Source: Chloroflexota bacterium
GTDB taxonomy: Bacteria > Chloroflexota > Anaerolineae > Anaerolineales > UBA11579
Assembly (NCBI GenBank): GCA_023485685.1
Contig: JAMCZK010000038.1
Coordinates: 1,594 to 65,593 of the forward strand
Length of the DNA stretch: 64,000 bases
Direction of reading: 5' to 3'
Below are positions 10,791 to 19,375 of the stretch, one piece after another (within the stretch, counting starts at the first letter, position 1; each line of letters opens with the position of its first letter). Made by a program: the position numbers and the translations under genes. The notes under the pieces are model-generated. The model worked only from the letters and a program-made list of their open reading frames with translations, did not search any database and had not been told where the DNA came from.

Positions 10791-11017
10791 TGCCGCGCCT
10801 GCCTCAGGTCTCTGGCAAAGAACTGGTCAAGGCGTTCTTAAAGGATGGGTGGACGGTGATTGGCCAAAAAGGGAGCCACGTAAAGCTTAGAAGGGTTCTT
10901 GAAGGGCAGGAGAAAACAATCATCATCCCGCAGCATAAGACAGTCAAGAAAGGGACCCTCGCAGGCATCTTGAAGGACAGTGGGATAAGTTTGGACAGGC
11001 TCAGGGAAATTCTGTAA
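10790..11017 (+). CDS. hicA: HicA-family mRNA interferase toxin
   Basis: GW...QKGSHVKL...IIPQH..VKKGTLAGILK; TAATG overlap with hicB. Confidence 0.9.
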   Translation: MPRLPQVSGKELVKAFLKDGWTVIGQKGSHVKLRRVLEGQEKTIIIPQHKTVKKGTLAGILKDSGISLDRLREIL

Positions 11018-11183
11018 CCAGCGGACTAGCAATCAATGCGAGCGCGCGTTTTATCATTTCTCACATTACTCGCCCTGCTGCTGGCCGCCTGCAGCCCGGC
11101 CGCCGCGCCCGCGACGTTTCTTTTTTACACAAAAAGCTTTGGCAATTTCGGATCTTAACAGTCAACCGTCTACTGTCTACTAT

Positions 11184-11696
11184 CTACTGCTTCACCCCCA
11201 CCCACAAAAACCAATACTTCCCTTTCGGAAACGCCTTCTCGGATTCTTTCCCCCACACAAAGTCACCGCTGGTCGTCATCTCTTTTAGCTTGCTGTCGAG
11301 CGCGGCTAGCTGGCTGCTGAGCCCGGGCGCCTCGCCGGCTAACAATTCCAGCAACGTGCGCACGCGCACTTCGGTCTTGTATTGCGCCGCATAACGCGAG
11401 GGGTGCTCAGATAATTCAGCCAGGTATTGGGTCCACTGTCGCAGCCTCGAGCCAAACTCGCGCTCGGCTTTCTTCTGCCAGGCGCTGGGCCATTCCTTTT
11501 TCTGGGCGGCAATTTCCGTCAACAGCCTCCTGTCGCCGCCAGCGGCTTTCACCTGCGTCTCGGCCAGAAGCAGGTTACCGAGAGTTAGTTGCGGATCGAT
11601 GCCGATATTCCAGAAGATCTCGTTGGAGAGCAAATAATCTTTGAGTTGGGGGACGGCGGCCTGGAGCCAGCGGAGATCGTTAGAAGCCATAGTCAC
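11184..11696 (-). CDS. Hypothetical protein
   Basis: 170-aa ORF with coherent codon usage; no recognised motif. Confidence 0.7.
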   Translation of the reverse strand: MTMASNDLRWLQAAVPQLKDYLLSNEIFWNIGIDPQLTLGNLLLAETQVKAAGGDRRLLTEIAAQKKEWPSAWQKKAEREFGSRLRQWTQYLAELSEHPSRYAAQYKTEVRVRTLLELLAGEAPGLSSQLAALDSKLKEMTTSGDFVWGKESEKAFPKGKYWFLWVGVKQ

Positions 11697-11697
11697 C

Positions 11698-11898
11698 CGT
11701 CATTGCGAGCGAGTAAGCCTGCTGCCAGGCAGGCGTGACGACGCGAAGCAAACTCGAAAAATCATCATAGTTGCCTATAAACCTCGACGTATATTAACAG
11801 CAAACGACGAATAAGAATTGTAAACAATATTTCAAGTACGAGATTGCCACGTCGGCTGCACCGTTAAAAGCGGTGCAAAACGCCTCCTCGCAATGACG
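11698..11898. repeat. Inverted dimer (REPIN-like) of CGTC-tagged palindromes
   Basis: cgtcattgcgag...gaagcaa / AT-rich spacer / gagattgcc...ctcgcaatgacg. Confidence 0.85.
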
Positions 11899-11954
11899 AT
11901 AGTCGTCGGGGTACGGCGGCCTGGAGCCAGCGGAGATCGGATGAGCAATACATC

Positions 11955-12464
11955 TTAGAAATTCCTAGGGTTTTCCTTGTCCAATTCCCACTTGAGTGGA
12001 TTATTCACAATGTATTCGCGAATACTATCTAGATCTTTGTCGTCTCTGATAACGTGATCGTAAAAGGATCTCTGCCAAAGAGGAACGCCGACCTTCCTTC
12101 CCCGTTCATTAACACGACGAGCAGACCAGGTTTTAAAACCGCGGATGATTTCCGAGAGATTATGATTTTTTCGTAGGGACAGGTTTCCAAACCTGTCCTC
12201 ATCGCCTTGCTTCAAGATAGCAATGGCGTGAAAATGATTCGGCATGACGATGAATTCGTCTAATTGGAGGTTGGGATAATGGTTTGGCAGATCCCGCCAA
12301 GCGTCCTTGACAATATTTCCAGATTCATTCAAGACCATTTGGCCATTATTTATAGATCCGAAGCGCAGTCCTTTGTCCGCAGTGCAAATAGTAACGAAAT
12401 AGTAACCGGTTGTACTGTAATCAAATCCCTGCAAGCGCGGCGAGGATTTTCGTTGAAGGGTCAT
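11955..12464 (-). mobile_element. REP-associated tyrosine transposase (RAYT, Y1/HUH)
   Basis: RKSSPRLQGFDYS..GYYFVTICT, MPNHFH (HUH), WQRSFYDHVIR, YIVNNPLKW. Confidence 0.92.
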
Positions 12465-12517
12465 ATGCCTTCATTGTAAATGATGTTTTGGGATGGTTGG
12501 CGGGATTGCAGATAGAG

Positions 12518-12546
12518 TAGGGACAGGTTTAGAAACCTGTCCCTAC
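12518..12546. repeat. GTAG-tagged REP upstream of RAYT
   Basis: gtagggacaggtttagaaacctgtccctac hairpin. Confidence 0.85.
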
Positions 12547-12593
12547 GTTTTCAACTTTTATGGGAAATTGTACAATGGTGATTGCGAAATTTC

Positions 12594-13463
12594 ATGCGCA
12601 GCGAAAAAGAAATACTTGATCTGATCTTGGAAATCGCCCGCAAGGAAGACGCCGTCCGCGTGGTGGTGATGAACGGCTCGCGGGTAAACCCAAATACTCC
12701 CCGTGACCCATTTCAAGACTTCGACATCATTTACTTTGTCACTGACGTTGCCCCTTTCGTAGAAAACCGCGGTTGGCTCACGCCCTTTGGCGAACTCATG
12801 ATCCTGCAGACACCGGAGGCCATGAGGGAACCGGCGCCAGAAGACGATGGACATTTTTCGTACCTGATGCAATTCACGGATGGAAATCGAATCGATCTGT
12901 CACTGCGCCCGCTTTCACAGCTTTACAAGGTTTACGAAGACCGCCTGGCCGTTCTGCTGCTAGACAAAGACGGCGTTGTCGAAGCTTTGCCTGCGCCATC
13001 CGAAAAGGGATACCTGCCAAAACCGCCCACGCCCAAGGCTTTCGAAGATTGCTCCAATGAATTTTGGTGGGTATCCATTTATGTAGCCAAAGCCCTATGG
13101 CGGGGAAACCTTTTCCACGCGAAAGATCTGCTCGATTGCACCGTGCGGGATCAACTAATGAAGATGCTAACCTGGCATTTCGGGATCCAAACCGATTTCC
13201 GAGTCAATCCGGGTAAAGGAGGCAAATATTTTCGAACCTATCTTGATTCCGAGTTGGTCAAGATGCTGGATCAGACTTATACAGGTTTGGATGAGGACGA
13301 GAATTGGAAGGCCCTGTTCACAATGTGTGACTTGTTTAGAAAGATAGCCGGGCAAATTGCGGACAAATATGGTTTCGATTATCCCGGCGAAGATGACAAA
13401 CAAGTCATGGAGCACTTGAAACACATATACCAGCTACCCCGTAATGCAAATGAGATTTATTAG
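12594..13463 (+). CDS. Aminoglycoside 6-adenylyltransferase (AadK/ANT(6) family) homologue
   Basis: MRSEKEIL...VVMNGSRVNPN..RDPFQDFDI...YLMQFTDGNRIDL...NEFWWVSIYVAKALWR. Confidence 0.88.
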   Translation: MRSEKEILDLILEIARKEDAVRVVVMNGSRVNPNTPRDPFQDFDIIYFVTDVAPFVENRGWLTPFGELMILQTPEAMREPAPEDDGHFSYLMQFTDGNRIDLSLRPLSQLYKVYEDRLAVLLLDKDGVVEALPAPSEKGYLPKPPTPKAFEDCSNEFWWVSIYVAKALWRGNLFHAKDLLDCTVRDQLMKMLTWHFGIQTDFRVNPGKGGKYFRTYLDSELVKMLDQTYTGLDEDENWKALFTMCDLFRKIAGQIADKYGFDYPGEDDKQVMEHLKHIYQLPRNANEIY

Positions 13464-13487
13464 TGAGCTATTTTTCATTCATTGGTG

Positions 13488-13673
13488 GAGATTGCCACGT
13501 CGGCTGCGCCGTTAAAAGCGGCGCAAGGCGCCTCCTCGCAATGACGAAAAAAAGCGGGCGGGGTACCATTCGCTTCGCTCAGGGCAAGCTTAGACCCGTC
13601 CCTACGGATTAATCAATGTCTCTTTGCAAATTGGCTTGGGGATTGCCACGCTCGCTTCGCTCGCTCGCAATGG
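13488..13673. repeat. Cluster of CGTC-type, GTAG-type and cttcgctcagggc-type palindromes
   Basis: gagattgccacgtcggctgcgccgttaaaagcggcg...cgcaatgacg; agacccgtccctac; ctcgcttcgctcgctcgcaatg. Confidence 0.8.
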
Positions 13674-13721
13674 TTTTCGGAGTTTTGTGAAAGCTAATAG
13701 CTAAACGCTAACAGCTATCAG

Positions 13722-15032
13722 CTATTGCATAAACAGCGAGACAGGATTCTCTAAATACTGCCCCATTGCCTGCAAATACTGCGCCGCTTCGGCGCCGTCG
13801 CTGACGCGGTGGTCCACCGAGATGGTGGCGCGCATGCGCCAGCCGGGCGCCACCTGCCCGTCCTTCACCACTGCCTGCTGCAGCGCGGAACCGAGCGCCA
13901 GGATGGCGGCTTCAGGCGGGTTGATGATGGCGACGAATTCGAATACATCATACATGCCCAGGTTGCTGATGGTGAAGGTGGAGCCTTCGATATCTTCGGA
14001 CTGTACTTTGCCTGAGCGGACGCGCTCGGCCATCTGTTTGACTTCCATTGAGATCTGTCGCAGCGGTTTGCGATCGGCGTCCTTACACACTACGGTGAGC
14101 AGGCCATTATCCGCCGCCACTGCCACACCGATATTGACTCGGCCGAATTGCAGCACCGCGTCGCCATCCAGTTTGGCGTTGAGATTCGGGAACTGGCGCA
14201 ATGCCAACGCGGCTGCTTTGATCACGAAATCATTCACCGAGAGTTTTTCGCCGCCGCCTTCCAGCGCCATGTTCGCTTGCTCGCGGGCATCCATTACGCG
14301 ATCCATGTCGTATTCATGGGTCACGTAGAAATGGGGGACTTCCTGGCGCGACTGCGTCATGCGTCGCCCGATTGCAGACCGCAGGCGGCTCAGCGGCAAG
14401 CGCTGGTCAGCTGGCGGCGGGCCCAGCGCGACCTTCTGCAGGCCGGGTAAGCCAACAGCCCCGGACTTGGCGCTCTCGATGTCTTTCCTGGTAATGCGGC
14501 CTTGCGGCCCGCTGCCGCGCACAGATTGCAGATTGATGCCGCGCTCGCGCGCCAGGCGCCGAGCCAATGGAGACACGCGTACACCGGCGGGAAGATGACC
14601 GTTGCCCTCGGATGTCTTGATGTCCTGAGGTTTGGAGGTCTTGATGTCGGGACGTCGCGCAGGTCCCTCTTTGACTTCCGGACTTCGAGACCTCTCGACT
14701 TCCTGACTTCTAGACTTCTGGACCTCCTGACTTTCTTTTTTCTGCTCCCCAGCACCCGCGCTCACCAATACAGATTCATCCACCTTTTCACCCGCTTCAC
14801 CCACGGCGGCGATCGGTTGGCTCACGGGGACAGCAGTGCCCTCTTTGACCAGATGTTTGAGCACTACGCCGCTGAATTGTGATTCCACTTCAACGGTGGC
14901 CTTGTCGGTTTCGATCTCGGCCAATAGTTCGCCTTTTTCGACTTTGTCGCCTTCTTTTTTGGCCCAACGCAGCAGGGTGCCTTCGGCCATGTCAAAGCCC
15001 AGCTTGGGCATGATCACAATCTCGGCCATCAC
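13722..15032 (-). CDS. pdhC: Pyruvate dehydrogenase E2 dihydrolipoamide acetyltransferase
   Basis: Lipoyl ETDKA, E3-binding SPLARRLA, catalytic DHRVSDG. Confidence 0.93.
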   Translation of the reverse strand: MMAEIVIMPKLGFDMAEGTLLRWAKKEGDKVEKGELLAEIETDKATVEVESQFSGVVLKHLVKEGTAVPVSQPIAAVGEAGEKVDESVLVSAGAGEQKKESQEVQKSRSQEVERSRSPEVKEGPARRPDIKTSKPQDIKTSEGNGHLPAGVRVSPLARRLARERGINLQSVRGSGPQGRITRKDIESAKSGAVGLPGLQKVALGPPPADQRLPLSRLRSAIGRRMTQSRQEVPHFYVTHEYDMDRVMDAREQANMALEGGGEKLSVNDFVIKAAALALRQFPNLNAKLDGDAVLQFGRVNIGVAVAADNGLLTVVCKDADRKPLRQISMEVKQMAERVRSGKVQSEDIEGSTFTISNLGMYDVFEFVAIINPPEAAILALGSALQQAVVKDGQVAPGWRMRATISVDHRVSDGAEAAQYLQAMGQYLENPVSLFMQ

Positions 15033-16000
15033 AGCACCTCTTTGACCGCGGCGATCACGTCGGCCACTTGCGGCAAGGCGGATTGTTCCAGTTCGCGGTT
15101 GTAAGGCAGCGGCACTTCTTTCTGCCCAACGCGCTTGATGGGCGCATCCGCATAGTCGAAGGCTTCTTCATATAAACGCGTGGAAACTTCCGCGCCGACG
15201 CCATAGCTGGGCCAACCCTCTTCCACGACCACGGCGCGGTTGGTCTTCTTGAACGATTCGATCACCGGACCCATGTCCAGCGGGCGCAGGGAGCGCAGGT
15301 CCACCACTTCGGCGCTGATGCCTTCGACAGCCAACTGCTCGGCAGCCAGCATGGAGAGCTGCAGCCCGCGGCAATAACTCACGATAGTCACGTCGCTGCC
15401 TTCGCGCTGCACTTTGGAAACTCCGATGGGTACGGTGAAGTCCCCGGTGGGGACTTCACCTTTGACCTGGTACATGGCGGCGTGCTCGATGTAAAGAACC
15501 GGGTCATCATCGCGGATGGCCGCTTTCAGCAGACCCTTGGCGTCTGCCGGGGTTCCGGGGGAAACGACCTTCAATCCGGGAAAATGAGCAAAAATTGCGT
15601 CGGGAGTCTGCGAATGCGTAGCGCCCAGTTGGCGCCCGCCGCCGCCCGCCGTGCGTATCACCAGCGGCACTTTCATCTGCCCGCCGAACATGGTGTGCAG
15701 CTTGGGCGCTTCATTGACGATGTGGTCCATAGCCACAAAGGCGAAGTTGATCGTCATTAGCTCTGCGACCGGTCGCAGGCCTACCAGCGCGGCGCCGATG
15801 CCGGCGCCCACGATGGCGGCCTCCGCAATGGGTGTGTCTTTCACGCGTTTGGCGCCGAAATGATCATAGAAACCCTTGGTAACCGCGTAGGTGCCGCCCC
15901 ACACGCCGACTTCTTCGCCCATGATGAAAACTTTTTCATCACGCTCCATCTCCTCCCACAGCGCGTCGGAGATGGCCTGGCGCATGTTGATCTCAGCCAT
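15029..16000 (-). CDS. pdhB: Pyruvate dehydrogenase E1 beta
   Basis: DTPIAE, GLRPVAE, GATHSQ, VDLRSLRPLD. Confidence 0.95.
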   Translation of the reverse strand: MAEINMRQAISDALWEEMERDEKVFIMGEEVGVWGGTYAVTKGFYDHFGAKRVKDTPIAEAAIVGAGIGAALVGLRPVAELMTINFAFVAMDHIVNEAPKLHTMFGGQMKVPLVIRTAGGGGRQLGATHSQTPDAIFAHFPGLKVVSPGTPADAKGLLKAAIRDDDPVLYIEHAAMYQVKGEVPTGDFTVPIGVSKVQREGSDVTIVSYCRGLQLSMLAAEQLAVEGISAEVVDLRSLRPLDMGPVIESFKKTNRAVVVEEGWPSYGVGAEVSTRLYEEAFDYADAPIKRVGQKEVPLPYNRELEQSALPQVADVIAAVKEVL

Positions 16001-17033
16001 GGTTCTGCTCCTTGTCCGTGTACATGTAATCGAACAAGGTATCCAGAGCCGGGTCCGGACTGGTCTCGGCGAATTCCACTGCTTCCTTTACTTCAGCTTC
16101 AACTGCTTCTTCCACCTTCTCCAAATCCGCCTTGGTGGCAATTTCTTGTTCCACCAGATAGCGATTGTAAATGCCAATGGGGTCGGTCTTCTCCCATTGG
16201 GTGACTTCTTCTTTTTGGCGGTAGCGCTGCGGATCGCCCATGGAGTGGCCCTGGAAGCGATAGGTGACGATCTCAAGGAAATAAGGGCCTTTGCCGCTGC
16301 GCACCTGCTCCAGCGCAGCCGCGCTGGCCTCGCGTACTTTCATAATGTCCATGCCATCGTCCAATCGGGAGTGCGGGATGCCGTAGCCTTCGGCCTTCTT
16401 ATGGATCTCGCCGACAGCAGAGGCGCGTTCCACGGCGGTGCCCATGCCGTATTGGTTGTTCTCGCAAACCCAAAGGACCGGCAGGTTCCAGACTTTGGAA
16501 AGGTTGACGCCTTCGTGGAAGAAACCGATGTTGGTAGCCCCGTCGCCAAACATGCAGATGGTGACGCCTTTATTGCCCTGGTACTGGTCGCCCAGCGCCA
16601 TGCCGGCGGCGATAGGCAGATGCGCGCCCACAATGGCGTGCCCACCCCAATAATTCTTGCTCACGTCAGCCATATGCATCGAGCCGCCGCGGCCTTTGGA
16701 GATGCCGGTTTCTTTACCGAGGAGTTCAGCCAACACCTGCTTGGCAGGAATGCCAACGTTGATCGCCACGCCATGGTCGCGGTACGCGGTAATGACGCGG
16801 TCCTCCGGCCTGCGCACGGAGATCAGGCCAGTGCTGACCGCTTCCTGGCCGATATACAAATGTAAAAAACCGCCGATCTTTCCCTGCTGGTAAAGCTCGG
16901 CAGAGCGTTCTTCCACGCGGCGGATCAGCACCATCTGGCGGTAAAACTCCAAATGGTCATTCTTCTTCAACGTCATTGCATGCTCCCGCGTGGCAGCCTT
17001 CTTTGGCTGTGTATTGCGAACTTTCGTTTTCAT
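15993..17033 (-). CDS. pdhA: Pyruvate dehydrogenase E1 alpha
   Basis: GFLHLYIGQEA, GRGGSMH, GDGATN...NNQYGMGT, YRFQGHSMGDP. Confidence 0.95.
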   Translation of the reverse strand: MKTKVRNTQPKKAATREHAMTLKKNDHLEFYRQMVLIRRVEERSAELYQQGKIGGFLHLYIGQEAVSTGLISVRRPEDRVITAYRDHGVAINVGIPAKQVLAELLGKETGISKGRGGSMHMADVSKNYWGGHAIVGAHLPIAAGMALGDQYQGNKGVTICMFGDGATNIGFFHEGVNLSKVWNLPVLWVCENNQYGMGTAVERASAVGEIHKKAEGYGIPHSRLDDGMDIMKVREASAAALEQVRSGKGPYFLEIVTYRFQGHSMGDPQRYRQKEEVTQWEKTDPIGIYNRYLVEQEIATKADLEKVEEAVEAEVKEAVEFAETSPDPALDTLFDYMYTDKEQNHG

Positions 17034-17072
17034 AGGCGAAGGCCGATTATACCAATGGCAAGTTACGGAAAT

Positions 17073-17492
17073 TTATTTCCGTTTTGCTTCCGACTTTTTC
17101 TTCAGTTTCGGCTTGAATGTTTTCTCAAGCTTCAGTTTGCCGTTCTTGTCATAGGTCTTCCATAAACCAACCTTGTGCCCATCCACGTACTCGCCTTCAT
17201 CATATAGCACCCCGTTGGCCAGCCAGCGCCGCCAAAAGCCAACCTGCAATCCATCTTTGAATTTTCCCTGCTGGCGCAATTGTCCGTTCTCCCCCCACCA
17301 TTTCCATAAGCCGGTGAACTTGCCCTGGTCCAGGTTGCCAGTCGCCTTCAGCTTCCCGTTGCGGTAATAAAACTTCCACAGTCCGTGTTTCTTGCCATCC
17401 TTGAAATCCCCTTCGCTGTCTAGCTTTCCATCAGTGAAGTAGCTTTTCCACGGTCCGTTGTGTGGAGGCCTGATATTTTTCTTGGGCGGCAT
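17073..17492 (-). CDS. MORN-variant repeat protein (YwqK-like)
   Basis: Repeated G.WK.Y..NG.L..EG.F.DG units. Confidence 0.85.
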   Translation of the reverse strand: MPPKKNIRPPHNGPWKSYFTDGKLDSEGDFKDGKKHGLWKFYYRNGKLKATGNLDQGKFTGLWKWWGENGQLRQQGKFKDGLQVGFWRRWLANGVLYDEGEYVDGHKVGLWKTYDKNGKLKLEKTFKPKLKKKSEAKRK

Positions 17493-17521
17493 TTTGGTTC
17501 TCTCCTTGCTTCAATCTTACA

Positions 17522-18913
17522 TCAGCGCTCGATGGAAGCCGGGTCAAAGCAGGGCTGATAGTCCTCGCCCAATATCAACCGATACTGGGCGGCGCTGCCG
17601 CGTTCAGGTTCGTGCTCGAAGCGGTCAACCGATAGGCCCAGGCTCTGGAGCAGAAAATCGACTTCCTCTTCGTCCACCTCCGTGGCCAAGCCGACCAGGA
17701 CGGTCTGATGGATGGCGCCGCCTTGATATTCGGCGACCAGGGAGTCGAAACCTGCATAGCTCAGGCGCTCGCCGGCCAATTCGGACCAACTGCTATTGTC
17801 GGTTCCGTTTAATATCTCGACCAGATTTTCGGAAGCGGCCGCGGCCGGACCCGGCGGTCCCAGCGCCCTGCCGAGCAGCGCGCCCAGTTTCTCGCTATCC
17901 GGGAGCAGCACGGCCGCTCCCTGGGGTGTGCGCCAGCTGATCAGCACATCTTTATTGATGTACACGCTGCGCACGTGGGCACGGCTTAATTCGGCTGCAT
18001 GAGGCAGCAGTTCCAGCAAATAGCGCAGGTCTAAATCCGTGGTGAGGCTTGAACTCAGCTGTTCATAAAGCTCCGGCGCTTTGGCCAAAGTATCCAACCG
18101 CGGGCCTGGCTGCGGAGCCGCTCTCAGCACCTCCTGCTGCCGGCGACCGCGGTCAAAGTCGCTGGATTTCTTCCGGGCGCGCACGTACCAAAAAGCCAGG
18201 TCGCCGTCCATGTGCACCACGCCGGGGTCCAGCGTGTACAAGCTCCAGTTGTCCTCGTCTTCGGGATTCCTGTTGGGGTTGATGATCTTCCAGTCGGTGT
18301 AAGCGCAGGCGACCGGGACGTCCACGCCGCCCAGGATGTCGATGATGTTCACGAAGCCGTCAAAATCGACCAGCGCCACGCGGTCCACCTGGATGCCAAG
18401 GTTGTAGAGCATGGTGTCTTTGAGCAAACCGGGGCCGCCGCCGGGATAAGGAAAAGTTTTGGACTCACCGCGATAGTAAGCCGCGTTGATGCGCTGCATC
18501 TGCCAGCCGGGAATGTAGACGTACAGGTCGCGCGGAATGGAAACCAACGTGACCAGATCAAATTCAGGCTGGAAGTTGACCAGGATCAGCGTGTCCGTGC
18601 GGAAGGAAGGCGAGGCGCGGTCTGCGCCGACCAGCAGGATGTTGAACGCATCGGAATTGCCGATCGGATCGGCGGGGAGCGGAACAGCGGTCACCTGGGT
18701 GGGGCCGGGGGTGCCAAAATTCGGAGGCAGCCAATCGCGCGGCGTAGCCGTGCTCGCAGGAGTCTGCGTCGCGGAGGACGTCGCGCTCGGAGCACTGGGA
18801 AAGAATGGGGATGGCGTGGCGGAGCGACTGACCTGGGACGGAAGCGGCCGGGTGCACCCGACCTGGAGCAGCGCCAAGGCGAAGAGGATGCTCCATGAGC
18901 GGCGAGTCTTCAT
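17522..18913 (-). CDS. LCP (LytR-CpsA-Psr) family lipoprotein with LytR_C domain
   Basis: NILLVGAD..RTDTLI, SIPRDLYV, RINAAY, SDFDRGRRQQ, VEILNGT; probable start MKTRRSW with lipobox VGC. Confidence 0.9.
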   Translation of the reverse strand: MKTRRSWSILFALALLQVGCTRPLPSQVSRSATPSPFFPSAPSATSSATQTPASTATPRDWLPPNFGTPGPTQVTAVPLPADPIGNSDAFNILLVGADRASPSFRTDTLILVNFQPEFDLVTLVSIPRDLYVYIPGWQMQRINAAYYRGESKTFPYPGGGPGLLKDTMLYNLGIQVDRVALVDFDGFVNIIDILGGVDVPVACAYTDWKIINPNRNPEDEDNWSLYTLDPGVVHMDGDLAFWYVRARKKSSDFDRGRRQQEVLRAAPQPGPRLDTLAKAPELYEQLSSSLTTDLDLRYLLELLPHAAELSRAHVRSVYINKDVLISWRTPQGAAVLLPDSEKLGALLGRALGPPGPAAAASENLVEILNGTDNSSWSELAGERLSYAGFDSLVAEYQGGAIHQTVLVGLATEVDEEEVDFLLQSLGLSVDRFEHEPERGSAAQYRLILGEDYQPCFDPASIER

Positions 18914-18979
18914 GGAAGGCGCTATTTTATCTTTGGCGCGATCTAGATCAAACAAAAATAAGCCGCACGGCCGATTTGT

Positions 18980-19261
18980 CTACTCCATCGCCTGCACAAT
19001 GTTGGCGCATGGAGCACCGCAACGCTGAATCTCGTCGAAGATAGCGTCAATGGTTGGCTCAGCGGTGATCACAGTGACCCCGCTGCGCAGGGTGAGACGC
19101 ACCTCCAGACTATGCAACTGCACTACCGCGGTTACCCGGCCGTCGTACAGCAATTCTATAGCGTGGCCCCAACTGATAGTTTGGCCATCGGCTGGCAGCG
19201 CCGGGCTGCAAGCGGCGAGCAAAAAAATGATCACTAAAGCGAATTTTAAAATGCGTTTCAT
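18980..19261 (-). CDS. Small lipoprotein of unknown function
   Basis: MKRILKF...LLAAC lipobox, GGAGG RBS. Confidence 0.75.
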   Translation of the reverse strand: MKRILKFALVIIFLLAACSPALPADGQTISWGHAIELLYDGRVTAVVQLHSLEVRLTLRSGVTVITAEPTIDAIFDEIQRCGAPCANIVQAME

Positions 19262-19278
19262 TTTGCCTCCACCCTAAG

Positions 19279-19304
19279 AACGCTTTAGCCTCTCGGTAAG
19301 TTCC
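19279..19304 (-). promoter_or_regulatory. ECF-sigma type promoter
   Basis: GGAACT-N16-CGTT upstream of the lipoprotein RBS. Confidence 0.55.
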
Positions 19305-19375
19305 TTACGAAGAGACTTGTTAGGGAGATCTGGGACGACCTAACTACCTACAATCAGTTCCTTGCCGCCGTGATT

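Larger units (their letters stand above)
10458..11113 (+). repeat. Direct repeat (29 bp exact, 42 bp with 2 mismatches) encoding lipobox stubs and flanking hicBA
   Basis: gccctgctgctggccgcctgcagcccggc at 10458-10486 and 11072-11100. Confidence 0.85.

Noticed and set aside
17073-17492. MORN/YwqK-like protein as a TA antitoxin
   Set aside because: No adjacent toxin gene
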